DNA from: Eledone cirrhosa
Taxonomy: Eukaryota
Reading direction: 5' to 3'
Assembly: GCA_964016885.1 (NCBI GenBank)
Contig: OZ024743.1
Coordinates: forward strand, 325,624,001-325,688,000
Length of the DNA stretch: 64,000 nt
The notes beneath the pieces are model-generated. The model was not told where the DNA came from and made no database searches. It saw nothing but the letters and a program-made list of their open reading frames with translations. Position numbers and translations under genes: made by a program. Below are positions 26,498 to 39,039 of the stretch, piece by piece (the stretch's first letter is position 1; the number at the start of each line of letters is the position of its first letter).

Positions 26498-29068
26498 TCA
26501 TCATCATCATCATCATCATCATCGTTTAACGTCTATCTTCCACGCTAGCATGGGTTTAGACAGGAATTGTCCCACTTGAGGCAAGATTGGTTGTCTTGCT
26601 CATATAGGACTGTCTGGTAGGTTTTCTACGGCTGGATGCCCTTCCTAACACCAACCATGTTTACAGTGTGGACTGGGAGGTTTTTACCGTGTTACCTACA
26701 CGGCCACATTACAGCGTGGACTGTGTGTTTTTTTGTCGTGACACCTACACGACATCATTTATTTAGGGCTGGATGTTGTGGTACCAACATAACTTTACAG
26801 AGAAAGGGGTGGGGTTGGTGGGGTAGAGGTAGTGGGATGGGGTGTATTTTTGGTTAAGAGGTGCCTACTGACTGTAGGTTTCGCTTTGTACTTAGGCAAG
26901 GCGGGTCTTCTGTGTTACTGCGTAGCGCCAAAGATCTCGGTCCAGTGACATTGTCTAAGAGACGTGCAAGTGTGTAAGGTCGAAATTTATCAAATCGTCC
27001 CAGGTTTTTCTGGGTCTGCCTACTCCGTAGCTTCCATCTATTTTGATTGCCCTGCACTTTTTTATACAGCTGTCGTCTTTCATGCGCATCACGTGACCAT
27101 ACCAACGTAGTCTTCTCTTGAGTAAACAGCATCTGATCCCTCTAATACCTAATTTCTCACTTAGTTCATTTATGCTTTGCCGTTCACGTATATTACTATT
27201 ACACATCCAACGGAGCATGCAGGCTTCGTTCCTCTCCAGTCTGCGCAGATCCTCTGCACACAATGCCCATGTCTCACTGCCATGTAACATTGCTGTTCGT
27301 ATGCAGGCATCATACAGTCTGCCTTTCATTTTTAGAGAAAAACCTTTAGTGGCCAATAGTGGTATAAGCTCTCTGAACTTTTTCTATCCCGTTCTGAGTC
27401 TGTACTGTACTTTCAGAGCACCCTCCACCACTGCTGATTTTGTCACCCAGGTAACAGAAGGTGTCCACTATTTCTGGAAGGAGCTAGTATCCTGTGGGCA
27501 CTTGTTACTTATTGCACCTGAGCACTGGCCACATATAAAATCTATGTTCTTAGTTAGCTTACCTGTGATCCCACTACATCTTTTATGCACCCATACTTTG
27601 CATTTGGGACATAAAATGGAGTTTCTGCCTACTCCTTTCCTACACACTGAGCATGGCCATTCCCCAGAGGGGACAAGTGCCCTATTTTCCTTCCTACATA
27701 CTAAAACTTTAGTCTTAGACAAGTTAACTTTAAGGCCTTTTGATTCTAGGCCATGCTTCCATGTTTGGAATTTCTTCTCTAGTTCAGCTATTGATTCAGC
27801 TATGAGCGTTAGATCATCTGCATATAGAAGTTCCCATGGGCAGCCAGTCTTGAACTCCTCTGTTATAGCCTGAAGGGCAATAATAAATAGGAGGGGGCTA
27901 AGGACAGAGCCCTGATGAACACCAACTTTTACATTAAATTCTTCACTATATTCTTTGTTAATTCTAACCTTGCTGACTGTTTCTTTATACATGGCTTGTA
28001 TAGCTCTCACAAGCCATTCATCAACACCTAGTTTTCTAAGAACCCACCAGATAATGGAGCGGGGGACTCTGTCAAAGGCTTTCTCCAAGTCAACAAAAGC
28101 TAAGTATTGAGGTTTACTTTTAGCTAGGTACATCTCTTGTAGTTGTCGTACAAGGAAAAGAGCGTCTATGGTACTTTTACCTGACACAAACCCAAACTGC
28201 ATTTCATCTAGATAAATTCGCTCTCTGATTAGTTGTGCTATAACTCTTTCTGTGACCTGGTCAATTAATTTAATACCTCTATAGTTTCCCCTATCTAGGG
28301 CATCTCCTTTACCCTTGTAGCAGTTAATGATGATGCTGCTACGCCAGTCATTTGGTATGACCCCATTCTGTATGACTTGGTTTACTATCCGTATGACCAT
28401 AGTGTGTCCCACTGATCCAGATGCTTTCAGCATTTCAGCAACTATCTCTGAAGGCCCAGCTGCCTTGCCTGTCTTCATATCTTTGATTGCCTTACTTATT
28501 ATACTACCTTCAACTTGCACTGCTGGTCCCTCTATTGGATCGATTTGGAGCGGACTTTCTTTTCCCCACCTATTCTCCTCATTTAGTAGCTTCTCGTAGT
28601 GACACTTCCAAGCTACTTTCTTATCAGTATCAGTGAGGGCAAGTCTACCATCATCATTACAGACACACTTCTGCCCGACAATATCACAGTTTTCCTGGAC
28701 AGATTGTCTAAAAATCCTGAACACCTCACGTTTTTGGTCCTCGCGTTGTAGAACATGCTTGAACTTTCTTTCCTCTGCTTCCCTTCTTGCAAAGTACACT
28801 TGTCTCCTAGCTTCCCTCCTGGCCACTTGATAGTATTCTCTACTTCCTCCATCCCGCCATACTTTCCAAGCTTGGTTTTTGGCCTTGATTGACTCCTCCA
28901 CCTTACTGTTCCACCACCATGTTATTCTCCTCCTGCCTATAGGTCTGCTCCAGCCACAGATTTCATCTGTTGCCTTCAGCAGGTTAACTTTCAGGAATTC
29001 CCACTGTTCCTCTGTACTGTACATCTCTAATTGCTCTTCCTTACTGTCAAAAGCATCAAGTAATATGC

Positions 29069-29073
<5 letters not shown>
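26495..29073 (-). mobile_element. 5'-truncated RTE LINE (subfamily A)
   Basis: ORFs 27468-29024 (RT, YADD, PHD) and 26955-27356; (CAT)n tail at 26495; TA runs at both ends. Confidence 0.93.
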
Positions 29074-29160
<87 letters not shown>

Positions 29161-29519
29161 ATTCTCTGTTTGTGTTTGCCGTAATCCTGTTTTCAATTAC
29201 CTAATCTTTGCAATCTGTACCATGTCCTAGAAATACATATTGTGTTTTTGCAACATAAAAAAAGAAATATTTCGAGTTCGGCCTTCTGTTGTTTTTAAAT
29301 ATATATATATACATCCATATTTTCTTTCTTGTATCAGACTGGGCAGCCAGAGATAATGTGGTTAATAGATTCTTTCTAACCTCCACATATTCTGTAGTTG
29401 ATTAATTCATTATTACACACTTTTGGTGATTTCTAGTAGAAATGTTTTATTTTGATCCTCTGTTGCAGTCCAGAACTTGGTGACTCTCAGTCAATGTTGC
29501 ACATTAATTTTTTTTCAAC

Positions 29520-29785
29520 CACTGCCACCACCACATCACCACTACCACCATCACCCCTACTATCACCAACACCACCACCATCACCACTACCAATATCTCA
29601 ACTACAACAACCACCACCATCACCACCACCATCACCACTACCACCATCACTCCTACTATCACCAACACCACAACCACCACTATTACCATCACCACCACCA
29701 CCACCATCACCAATACCATAACCACAACCATCACCACCACCAGCACCACAACCATCACCACCACCAGCACCACAACTACTTCCAC
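29520..29785. repeat. (CAC/CAT)n low-complexity tract
   Basis: Direct reading; poly-His/Pro/Val ORFs are artefacts. Confidence 0.9.
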
Positions 29786-29954
29786 TGTGATAGTGTGGTG
29801 ATTAAATAGAAGTTATTGAGATGTGTATCTCAGAAGAAATTATTTGCTCTAACAATTTTAGTGAATACTTAAATTTGAAGAAGTATTGTACCCTGCAAAG
29901 TTACTATGAAATAATTAAGCATATGTTTATTAATATTTACAGGTTTCTATGAGG

Positions 29955-30185
29955 TTTAATAAGGCCAATCATTTTGGGGGGAGGAAATAGTTGATTAAAT
30001 AGACCCCACTGTGTTACTGGTACTTTAACTTATTGACCCTACAAGGATGAAAGGCAAAGCTAACCTTGGCATGATTTGAACTCAGAATGTAAAGGGACAT
30101 AACAATATGACGTAATGCATGTTGTCTAACACTCTACTGGCACTGCCAATTAAATAATTGTTTCTACTTTTGGCACAAGGCCAAA
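29955..30185 (-). mobile_element. tRNA SINE, second family, degenerate
   Basis: AGGATGAAAGGCAAAGCTAACCT...TTTGAACTCAGAA, reverse complement of 16706-16900 core. Confidence 0.65.
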
Positions 30186-30228
30186 ATAATGAAAAGTATA
30201 TATATTTTATATGTATATATATATATAT

Positions 30229-33228
30229 GGTCGCGCTAACGAGGTTGTAGAAATGCTTGAACGTAAGGAGGTCGATGTTTGTTGTATTCAAGAGACCAGG
30301 TGGAGGGGTGGGTCTGCTAGATTCATTGAGGGTAAAAAACGATGTTATAAGCTTTTCTGGGTGGGAAACGACGATGGGCTGGGTGGAGTAGGAATCATGG
30401 TAGCAGAAAAGTGGGCAGATAAGATAATAGACGTAAATAGAGTGAATGACAGAATAATTAAAATACGACTTGTCCTCAATAGAACTACGGTGACAGTAAT
30501 ATCTGCGTACGCACCCCAATCCGGACTGCCCGGCACTATAAAAGACAGATTCTATGAGACACTGATGCTAACTACCTCCCAAATATCCGACAGTGACTAT
30601 ATAATTATTGCAGGCGACCTAAATGGTCACGTTGGACAACATTGTGACGGCTACGACGAAATCCATGGAGGCTATGGGTTTGGTACTAGAAATGAGGAAG
30701 GCTCCAGAATCCTGGAATTCTGTGATGCAAATAACCTAACTATCTGTAACACTAACTTCAAAAAACGTGACAATCACCTGATCACCTATAGATCCGGGGA
30801 ACACACAAGCCAGGTAGATTATATCCTTACCAGAAGACGTGACAGAGTGTCTGTTGTAAACACTAAATCCCTCCCCCATGAAGAATGCACCTCCCAACAT
30901 AGACTGATAATTAGCGACCTCATAGTCAGGACGAGACGTACTCGACAGCAGAAGAGGACTATCCTCAGGAGAAAAATATGGAACCTAAAGGAACCCACAG
31001 CCAGAAATAAATTTCAAAGCATATTACTTGATGCTTTCGACAGTAAGGAAGAACATTTACAGTCGGACAATATAGAGGGACAGTGGGAATTTCTGAAAGC
31101 AAACCTGCTGATGGCGACAGACGAAGTCTGTGGCTGAAGCAGGCCTGTAGGCAGGAGGAGAGTAACATGGTGGTGGAACAGTAAAGTGGAGGGGTCAATT
31201 AAGGCCAAAAAGCAGGTTTGGAAAGTATGGCGGGATGGGGGAAGTAGAGAAGACTATCAAGTGGCCAGGAGGGAAGCTAGGAGACAAGTGTACTTAGCAA
31301 GAAGGGAAGCAGAGGAAAGAAAGTTCAAGCATGTTCTACAACGCGAGGACCAAAAACGTGTGGTATTCAGGATTGCTAGGCAATGCGTCAAGGAAAACCG
31401 TGATATTGTCGGGGAGAAGTGTGTACTAAACGATGATGGCACACTTGCCATCACCGACGCTGATAAGAAGGTAGCTTGGAAGTGTCACTATGAAAGGCTA
31501 CTAAATGAGGAGAATAAATGGGAGAAAGACAGTCTCCCCCATATCAACCCAATAGAGGGACCAGCAGTGTTAGTCGAGGGGAGTATAATAAGTAAGGCAA
31601 TCAAGGATATGAAGACGGGTAAGGCGGCTGGGCCTTCGGAAATAGTTGCTGAGATGCTGAAGGCATCTGGCACGGTGGGACACACCATGGTCACCCGCAT
31701 AGTTAACCAAGTCGTACAGAATAGGGTTGTTCCGAAGGACTGGTATAGCAGCATCATCGTTAACTGTTATAAGGGTAAAGGAGACGCCCTAGATAGGAGT
31801 AACTATAGAGGCATTAAATTAATCGACCAGGTCATGAAGGTCACGGAAAAAGTAATAGCGCAACTAATCAGAGAGAGAATTGACCTAGATGAAATGCAGT
31901 TCGGGTTTGTGTCAGGCAAAAGTACCACAGACGCTCTTTTCATTGTACGACAACTACAGGAGAAGTACCTAGCTAAAGGTAAACCCCTCTACTTAGCTTT
32001 TGTCGACTTGGAGAAAGCCTTCGACAGAGTCCCCCGCTCCATTATCTGGTGGGCTCTTAGAAAACTAGGCGTTGACGAATGGCTTGTGAGGGCTATACAA
32101 GCCATGTATAAAGAAACAGTCAGCAAGGTTAGAATTAACAACGAATATAGTGAAGAGTTTAGCGTAAAAGTTGGCGTCCATCAGGGCTCTGTTCTCAGTC
32201 CCCTACTATTTATTATTGCCCTTCAGGCTATAACAGAGGAGTTCAAGACAGGCTGCCCATGGGAACTCCTATACGCAGACGACCTGACACTCATAGCGGA
32301 ATCAATGGCCGAGCTAGAGAAGAAATTCCAAACATGGAAGCACGGCCTAGAGTCAAAAGGACTTAAAATTAACCTGGCTAAGACTAAAGTTCTAGTTTGT
32401 AGGAAAGAAAACAAGGCGGCGGTCCCTTCTGGGAAATGGTCGTGCTCGGTGTGTAGGAAAGGCGTAGGTAGAAACTCCATTTTATGTCAGAAATGCAAAG
32501 TATGGGTGCATAAAAGATGTAGTGGGATCACAGGTAAGCTAACTAAGAACATAGACTTTACATGTGGCCGGTGTTCTGGTGCAATAAGTAGCAGCAAGTG
32601 CCCACAAAATACTAGCTCTTTCAATTGCGCAGAGTGTTCTATAGAAATAGTGGACAGCTTCCGTTACCTGGGCGATAAAATCAGCAGTGGGGGAGGGTGC
32701 TCTGAAAGTACAGTAGCTAGAGTCAGAACTGGTTGGAAAAAGTTCAGAGAGCTTATACCACTATTAGCTGCTAAAGGGTTCTCCCTAAAAATGAAAGGCA
32801 GGTTGTACGATGCCTGCATACGAACAGCAATGTTGCATGGCAGTGAGACCTGGGCATTGTGTGCAGAGGATATACGCAGACTAGAGAGGAACGCAGCTTG
32901 CATGCTCCGCTGGATGTGTAACAGTAATATACGTGAACGGCAAAGCATAAACGAACTAAGGAAAAAATTAGAGATAAGAGGGATCAGATGTTGTTTACTC
33001 GAGAGAAGGCTACGTTGGTATGGACACGTGATGCGCATGAAAGTCGATAGCTGTATAACAAAGTGCAGGGCAATAAAGATAGACGGTAGCCACGGAATAG
33101 GCAGACCTAGAAAAACCTGGGACGAGCTGATAAACTCCGACCTCACACACTTACACCTCTCCAAGACAATGTCACTGGACCGAGACCTTTGGCGGTACTC
33201 AGTAACAGAGAAGACCCGCCTTACCTAA
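30229..33228 (+). pseudogene. RTE APE endonuclease-reverse transcriptase with PHD finger; one nonsense codon at 31135-31137
   Basis: CIQETRW, SAYAPQ, GDLNGHVG, SQVDYIL, SQHRLI; QFGF, DLEKAFD, GVHQGSVLSP, YADD, FRYLG, GRPRKTW. Confidence 0.93.
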
Positions 33229-33620
33229 ATACATAGTAAAACCTACTCCAGCCAGTAGGCATCTCTAACAAAATACACCCCGTCCCACCACCCCCACCCC
33301 ATCCACACCACCCCGTCCTATGTAAAGTTATGTTGGTGCCGCGCCATCCAGGCCGAAACAAATGAGATCGTGTAGGTGTCACGACAAAAAAACACAGAGT
33401 CCACGCTGTAATGTGGCCGTGTAGGCAACACGGTAAAAACCTCCCAGACCCACACTGTAAATGTGGTTGGTGTTAGGAAGGGCATCCAACTGTAGAAAAC
33501 CTGTCAGACAGTCCTATGCGAGCAAGACAATCACTCTTGCCTCAAGTGGGACTACCCCCGTCCAAACCCATGCAAGCGTGGAACACGGACGTTAAACGTT
33601 GATGATGATGATGATGATGA
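30229..33620 (+). mobile_element. young, nearly complete RTE LINE (subfamily A)
   Basis: ORFs 30211-31137 and 31186-33228 share a frame and are separated by one TGA (TGG in sister copies); full 3'UTR and (GAT)n tail. Confidence 0.95.
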
Positions 33621-33915
33621 TATATATATTATATGTATATATACATATATAATATATGTATATATACATATATATATTATATGTATATATACATATATAT
33701 TAATGTATATATACATATATATTATATGTATATATACATATATATTATATGTATATATATACATATATATTATATGTATATATACATATATATTATATGT
33801 ATATATATACATATATATTATATGTATATATACATATATATTATATGTATATATATACATATATATTATATGTATATATACATATATATATATTATATGT
33901 GTGTGTGTGTGTGTA
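33621..33915. repeat. TA-derived ~26-bp minisatellite (TATTATATGTATATATACATATA)n
   Basis: Direct reading. Confidence 0.9.
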
Positions 33916-34958
33916 TAGTGGTTAGGGTGTTTGGCTCACATTTGTAAAACCATGAGTATTCCATAGACACATGCATTCTTAATGTAATTGTCAAGGAAAT
34001 GTTGCAGGGCACAGGGTGTGACAAGGCTGGCCCTTTGAATTGGAGGTATAATTCATTTGCCTATCTGAGTTTGGTTGCTCAAGGATACAGCATGTCACCT
34101 GATATAGCAAATGGTACATGGCTTAGTGGTTAGGGTGTTCATCTCATGAACATAATGTCAAATGTCCGATTCCTAGCAAGACACTATATTTCAACTGGAA
34201 AAAATGAGTTGTACTTGTAAGTTCAAAAGTTTTGCCTTATCACATATTGTCTCATGCAGAATCTTCCTGAGAAATATGTTAAGTGATCATGTATCAGCCA
34301 ATTGCATTTTTTATTTTACAAGCAACTGACAGAGGTTCAACACACACATCAGAACCAACCCTGTTTATTATATCATAGTTTTGCTAGTTGTGATGTTGTT
34401 GGTTCAAATCACAGTAATGGCAGTGTTTGTAGTATCAGTGGTGGATGTAGATGAAGTGGTGGTGGTAGTTGTAGCAATAGTGGCAGTGGTATATTGTATA
34501 TATAGGGACAGGCATGGAATTCACTTTTCTATGTTAAAGTAACTAATGTAGAACTGTGATAGTATAGCACTCTGATAGTGTAGTACTGTGGTAGTATTGA
34601 ATTGTGATAGCATAATAGTGAGTTAGTGATACAATATTGATGCTGCAATATTACTATATTATACTATGTGTTTTACTATGAGTGTTACCATGACAACCAG
34701 ACTTAGTAAAATGATTGGTAGAAAGCTCACTGCACTGTTATATTAGTAGGAATACTTCAGATAATAACATCAACATCACAATGTAGTGTTGCTATGGTAG
34801 ACATATAACTATTCACACTTCTATGGAATATCTCATTCTTTTATTCTTTTATTGGTTTTAATCATTAAACTGTGGCCATGCTGGGGCACCTCCTTGATTT
34901 AGTCGACCATAACAGACCCAGAACCTTTTTTTTCAAGTTTGGTATATATATATATATA

Positions 34959-36012
34959 TCATCATCACCGTTTTACGTCCGTTCTTCCACGCTAGTATGG
35001 GTTAGACGGGTTGTCCTGTTGCGGGCAGTGTCCAGTCGGCTGACCTTGTCTTGCTCATACGGGAACTGATTCTGGCTTGATTTCTACAGCTGGATGCCCT
35101 TCCTAACACCAACTTCATTTACAGTGAGTGCTGGGTGCTTTTTAGCCGTGACGCCTACATATGCACTTTACAGTGTGAGCTGGGTGCTTTTTTGCCATGG
35201 CACCTCCACGACCACTTTGCAGTGGGAGGGGGTGGGGGCATATTGTATATATGCTTCAGCTTGTACCCGTGGGGGGTCAAGTCTTCTGTATTACTGCGTG
35301 ATGCCAGAGGTCACGGTCATATGTCATCGCCTTTAAGAAGTGTAATTGGGTAAGGTTGGCTTTTATCACTTCATCGCAGGTTGTCTTGGTCTCAACATCT
35401 CCGTGGCTTCCATCGACTTCTAGTACTCTGCACCATTTTATGCAGCTGTCATCCTTTATACGCATCACACGTCCATACCAATGCAACCTCCTCTCCTGCA
35501 CACAGCATTTGATTTCTCTTATGTTCAGTCTCTCTCTCAATTCGTTTATGCTTTGCCGTTCGCGTATATTACTATTACACATCCATCGGAGCATGCAGGC
35601 TTCATTTCTTTCTAATCTATGCAAGTCTTCTACAGACAGCGCCCAGGTTTCACTTCCATGTAACATCGCTGTTCGTATGCATGCATCATACAGTCTGCTT
35701 TTCATTTTGAGGGAAAAGCCTTCTGCAGCTAGCAGTGGCAGTAGCTCCCTGAACTTCTTCCATCCCGTTCTTACCCTAGTTATTGTACTTTCCGAACACC
35801 CATCTCTGCTGCTAATTCAGTCACCTAGGTAGCAGAAGCTGTCTACTGTTTCTACAGAGCCCTCCCAGAGTTTGGTGGTGCTTGTTTCCTGTGGCTTTTG
35901 CTGCTTGCTGTCCCAGTGCAGCTGCTACATGTGAAGCCTACATTCTTATTAAGCTTCCTGAGATCCCACTACATCTTGTGTACCCATTGTTTGCATTTGG
36001 GGCAGAGGATGA
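34959..36012 (-). mobile_element. RTE LINE 3' fragment (subfamily B)
   Basis: ORF 35277-35705; PHD remnant near 35960-36010; (CAT)n tail; TA on both sides. Confidence 0.88.
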
Positions 36013-38575
36013 TATATATATATATATATTCATTTACTAGATTCAGTCATTAAACTGTGGCCATGCTGGGGCACCACCTAGATTTAATCAACCCAGTACT
36101 TATTTTTTCAAGTCTGGTATTTGTTTTATTGATTTCTTATTGCCAAACTGCTACATTATGACACACTCATTTAACAGGCTTCTGCAGTATCCATCTACTA
36201 AATTCCACTCACAAGGCATTGGTCAGTCTGAGTCTATTGTAGAAGACATTTGTCCAAGGTGTTATACAATAGGAATGAACCGGAAACTATGTAGTTGCAA
36301 AGTGTATTCCAATCCAACACAGTCCTGCCTGCACCTATATATACAATATACCACCATCATTGTTACTACCACCTTAAAACATCATCATTATCATCTACTA
36401 ACATCACTACCACCAACAAGAAGTTTTCATGGCAAAGGTGTGACAACCTTTCTTGTGTTGGTGTGACAATAAAATGCACCCAGTACACTCAGTAAAATTG
36501 TTGGCAGTGAGAAGAGCATCCATAACAGAAGACAGAAGATCAAATTAAATACTGACTTTGTCTGTAACAACCTGCCTAACCCATGCTAGCATGGAAAAAT
36601 GGACAAAGAATGATGATGATGATTACATGTGTGTGCAAATATTTGCATTATATATATATATATCTAGTGTAATAGGGTTAGTGTTAGGAAGGGCATCTAG
36701 CTGTAGAAACCAAGTCAAAATACAGATCCATATAAGCATGTTGGTCTCCAGACTTGACTTGTCTCATAACATGACAACCTGTCTAACTCATTCATGCAAG
36801 CATGGAAAAATGGACATTAAATAAATGATGATATATCATCATCATCATCGTTTAACGTCCATTTTCCATGCTAGCATGGGTTAGAAGGGTTGTCCCATTT
36901 GAGGCAAGTTGGGTCAGGTGACATTTCTGGCTTGATTTCTACAGCTTGATACCCTTCCCAATGCCAACCACATTTACTGTGTGTGCTGGATGTTTTTTGT
37001 CATAACACCTACAAGACCACTTTACTGTGTGGGCTGGGTGCTTTTTGTCATGACATTTATATATGTGTGTGTGTGTGTGTGTGTGTGCGTGTGCGCGTGC
37101 ATACATATGTGTATATTTTGCTGGTTGAATAACAATTAATAAACACAATAAACCCCATATTTAATTTCAGCATGTGTGTATGTGCAAGAGAGGAAGGGTG
37201 AGAAAGAGAGAGTGAGTGTGTGCGTGCGTGTGTGTATGCCTGACTGAACACACACACACACTTATATACATAAATATACTTTCTCCCTGTGGTCTGTCTG
37301 CTTCAAGCCAACAGCTGGTTAAAAATGAAGCAAGATATTTTGAGATTTCTTTCCTCCTCTAAAAACATACTTAGCCTTACTTAGCCTTACTACAGTCATC
37401 GCAGAATACATGGTTTTAATGAATGGAAAGCTGAGTCATAACAGGGAGTCATAAGAATAGTTGAGGTGGTTGAGGGGGTTGAGAATTACATCATCTGTGT
37501 TGCCCACAGGACTTAACAAACTGTCTCCTCATTACTGGATCCAGTTATTGATTTTTGGTTTTCATTTTCAAGTTGATTCTTTTTATGTTTATGATTAAAC
37601 AAGAAACTTTAATTTGAAGAACCCTTTTACACTTTTGTGACTGTATTTCTAATAAAATACACTCTATTTCAATTAATTAATGATGAATCTTGAAGGATTT
37701 ACTAAAATTATTAATTATTTTCTTACTAAGATAGTAAGTTAATGTATGGTCTTTATTCATGGAAATGAAATATGTAATATAATAGAACAGAAAGCCAAAA
37801 ACGGAAAAAAAAAAAAAGAAGAAAAGAGAAGAAATTACTGTATATACTCAAATATAAACGGATCTGAATATAAGCCCCCCCCCCCCACCACCACCACCAC
37901 CCCCCACCACATTTTATGTCTGAGAAATAGGTAAAAATCCAAATCTTGTATATAAGTCAAGGCAGCTAATAAACACTGCAATCAAACTCAGAATACAGAG
38001 CGGCAAAAGTCATCAGGTCTAATGCTATGATAAATCCAGCAATCCATCCCCTCTGGACAGAGTGTAAGACAAAGTTGATCTCAGCAGGATTTGAACTCAG
38101 AGAACTAGAACAAATACTGTTGGGAATTTAATACAAAAATGTAATAACAACTCAGTTAATTCAACATCTATCAGCACCACTACATCTCAGTTAATATTAC
38201 TACCCAGTAAATTGGATTAATTCTTATAAAGACCAAGTGTAGGGGGCTTGGTAATTAAGCGTGTGTGTGTGTTTAAATATTTATTAATGTGTTAGTAATC
38301 ACAGAATGGTGGAACAATGCAGGGTTGGTGTACTTTTACACATATAAAACTTGTTTGTCAACTCATTGTGTGTATGTGTGTAATATTGTAAAGACCAAAT
38401 ACCAGTAGCACAGGAAATAATTCTTACAAGAAAGTGTGTATATGTAAATATTCATTTAATGCATGACTAATCACAGATGATTATATACATTGAAGAACAT
38501 AATACATCTCCCTCACTATAGCTTGGGGTAACACACATACATAATTCTGTCTGCCAGGAACATGAGTGGATTTAA

Positions 38576-39039
38576 CTCTTTCATGGCAGCATTTCTAATG
38601 AAATACACTCTATTTCAATTGATTAAAGAAGAATTTTTGGTAGGTATTTATTAAAATTATTAATTGCTTCATTACTATGACAGTAACTTAATATATAAAA
38701 TTATGTTGGAAGATTTTAATTTAAATAGGGATCCTTTAACCCTTTCATTACCATATTTCTAATGAAAGACACAGCCTATGATTTTCAAATAATCTTTAAA
38801 CTAATCAGAATTTTGAAGGGATTTAGTAATTTTCTCATTATTTATCTGGTGTTTATAACAAAGATTCTTGCATGAAATTATGATGGAAGGTTTTTAGAGA
38901 GATATAATCACTTTAAAATAAACAGTTGTATATCATAAAATCAGGGCTGGTTTAAGACGATGTGATATCAAAAGAGTTAAAACAGGTGGTTTTGTTTCAT
39001 AGATCCAGAGCCAGTTTGGCTGGGTTGGTATCAAAGGGG
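38576..39039 (+). mobile_element. TTAA-flanked piggyBac-like MITE containing a second copy (38740-38976) of the same family
   Basis: TTAA-CTCTTTCA...TCAAAGGGG-TTAA outer; TTAA-CCCTTTCA...TCAAAAGAG-TTAA inner. Confidence 0.7.

Noticed and set aside
27118-27873. Antisense ORFs over RTE copies
   Set aside because: Shadows of the RT reading frame with no independent motifs.
37836-37965. Tc2/Mariner-like terminus TACTGTATATACTCAAATATAA
   Set aside because: No matching second end or transposase found.
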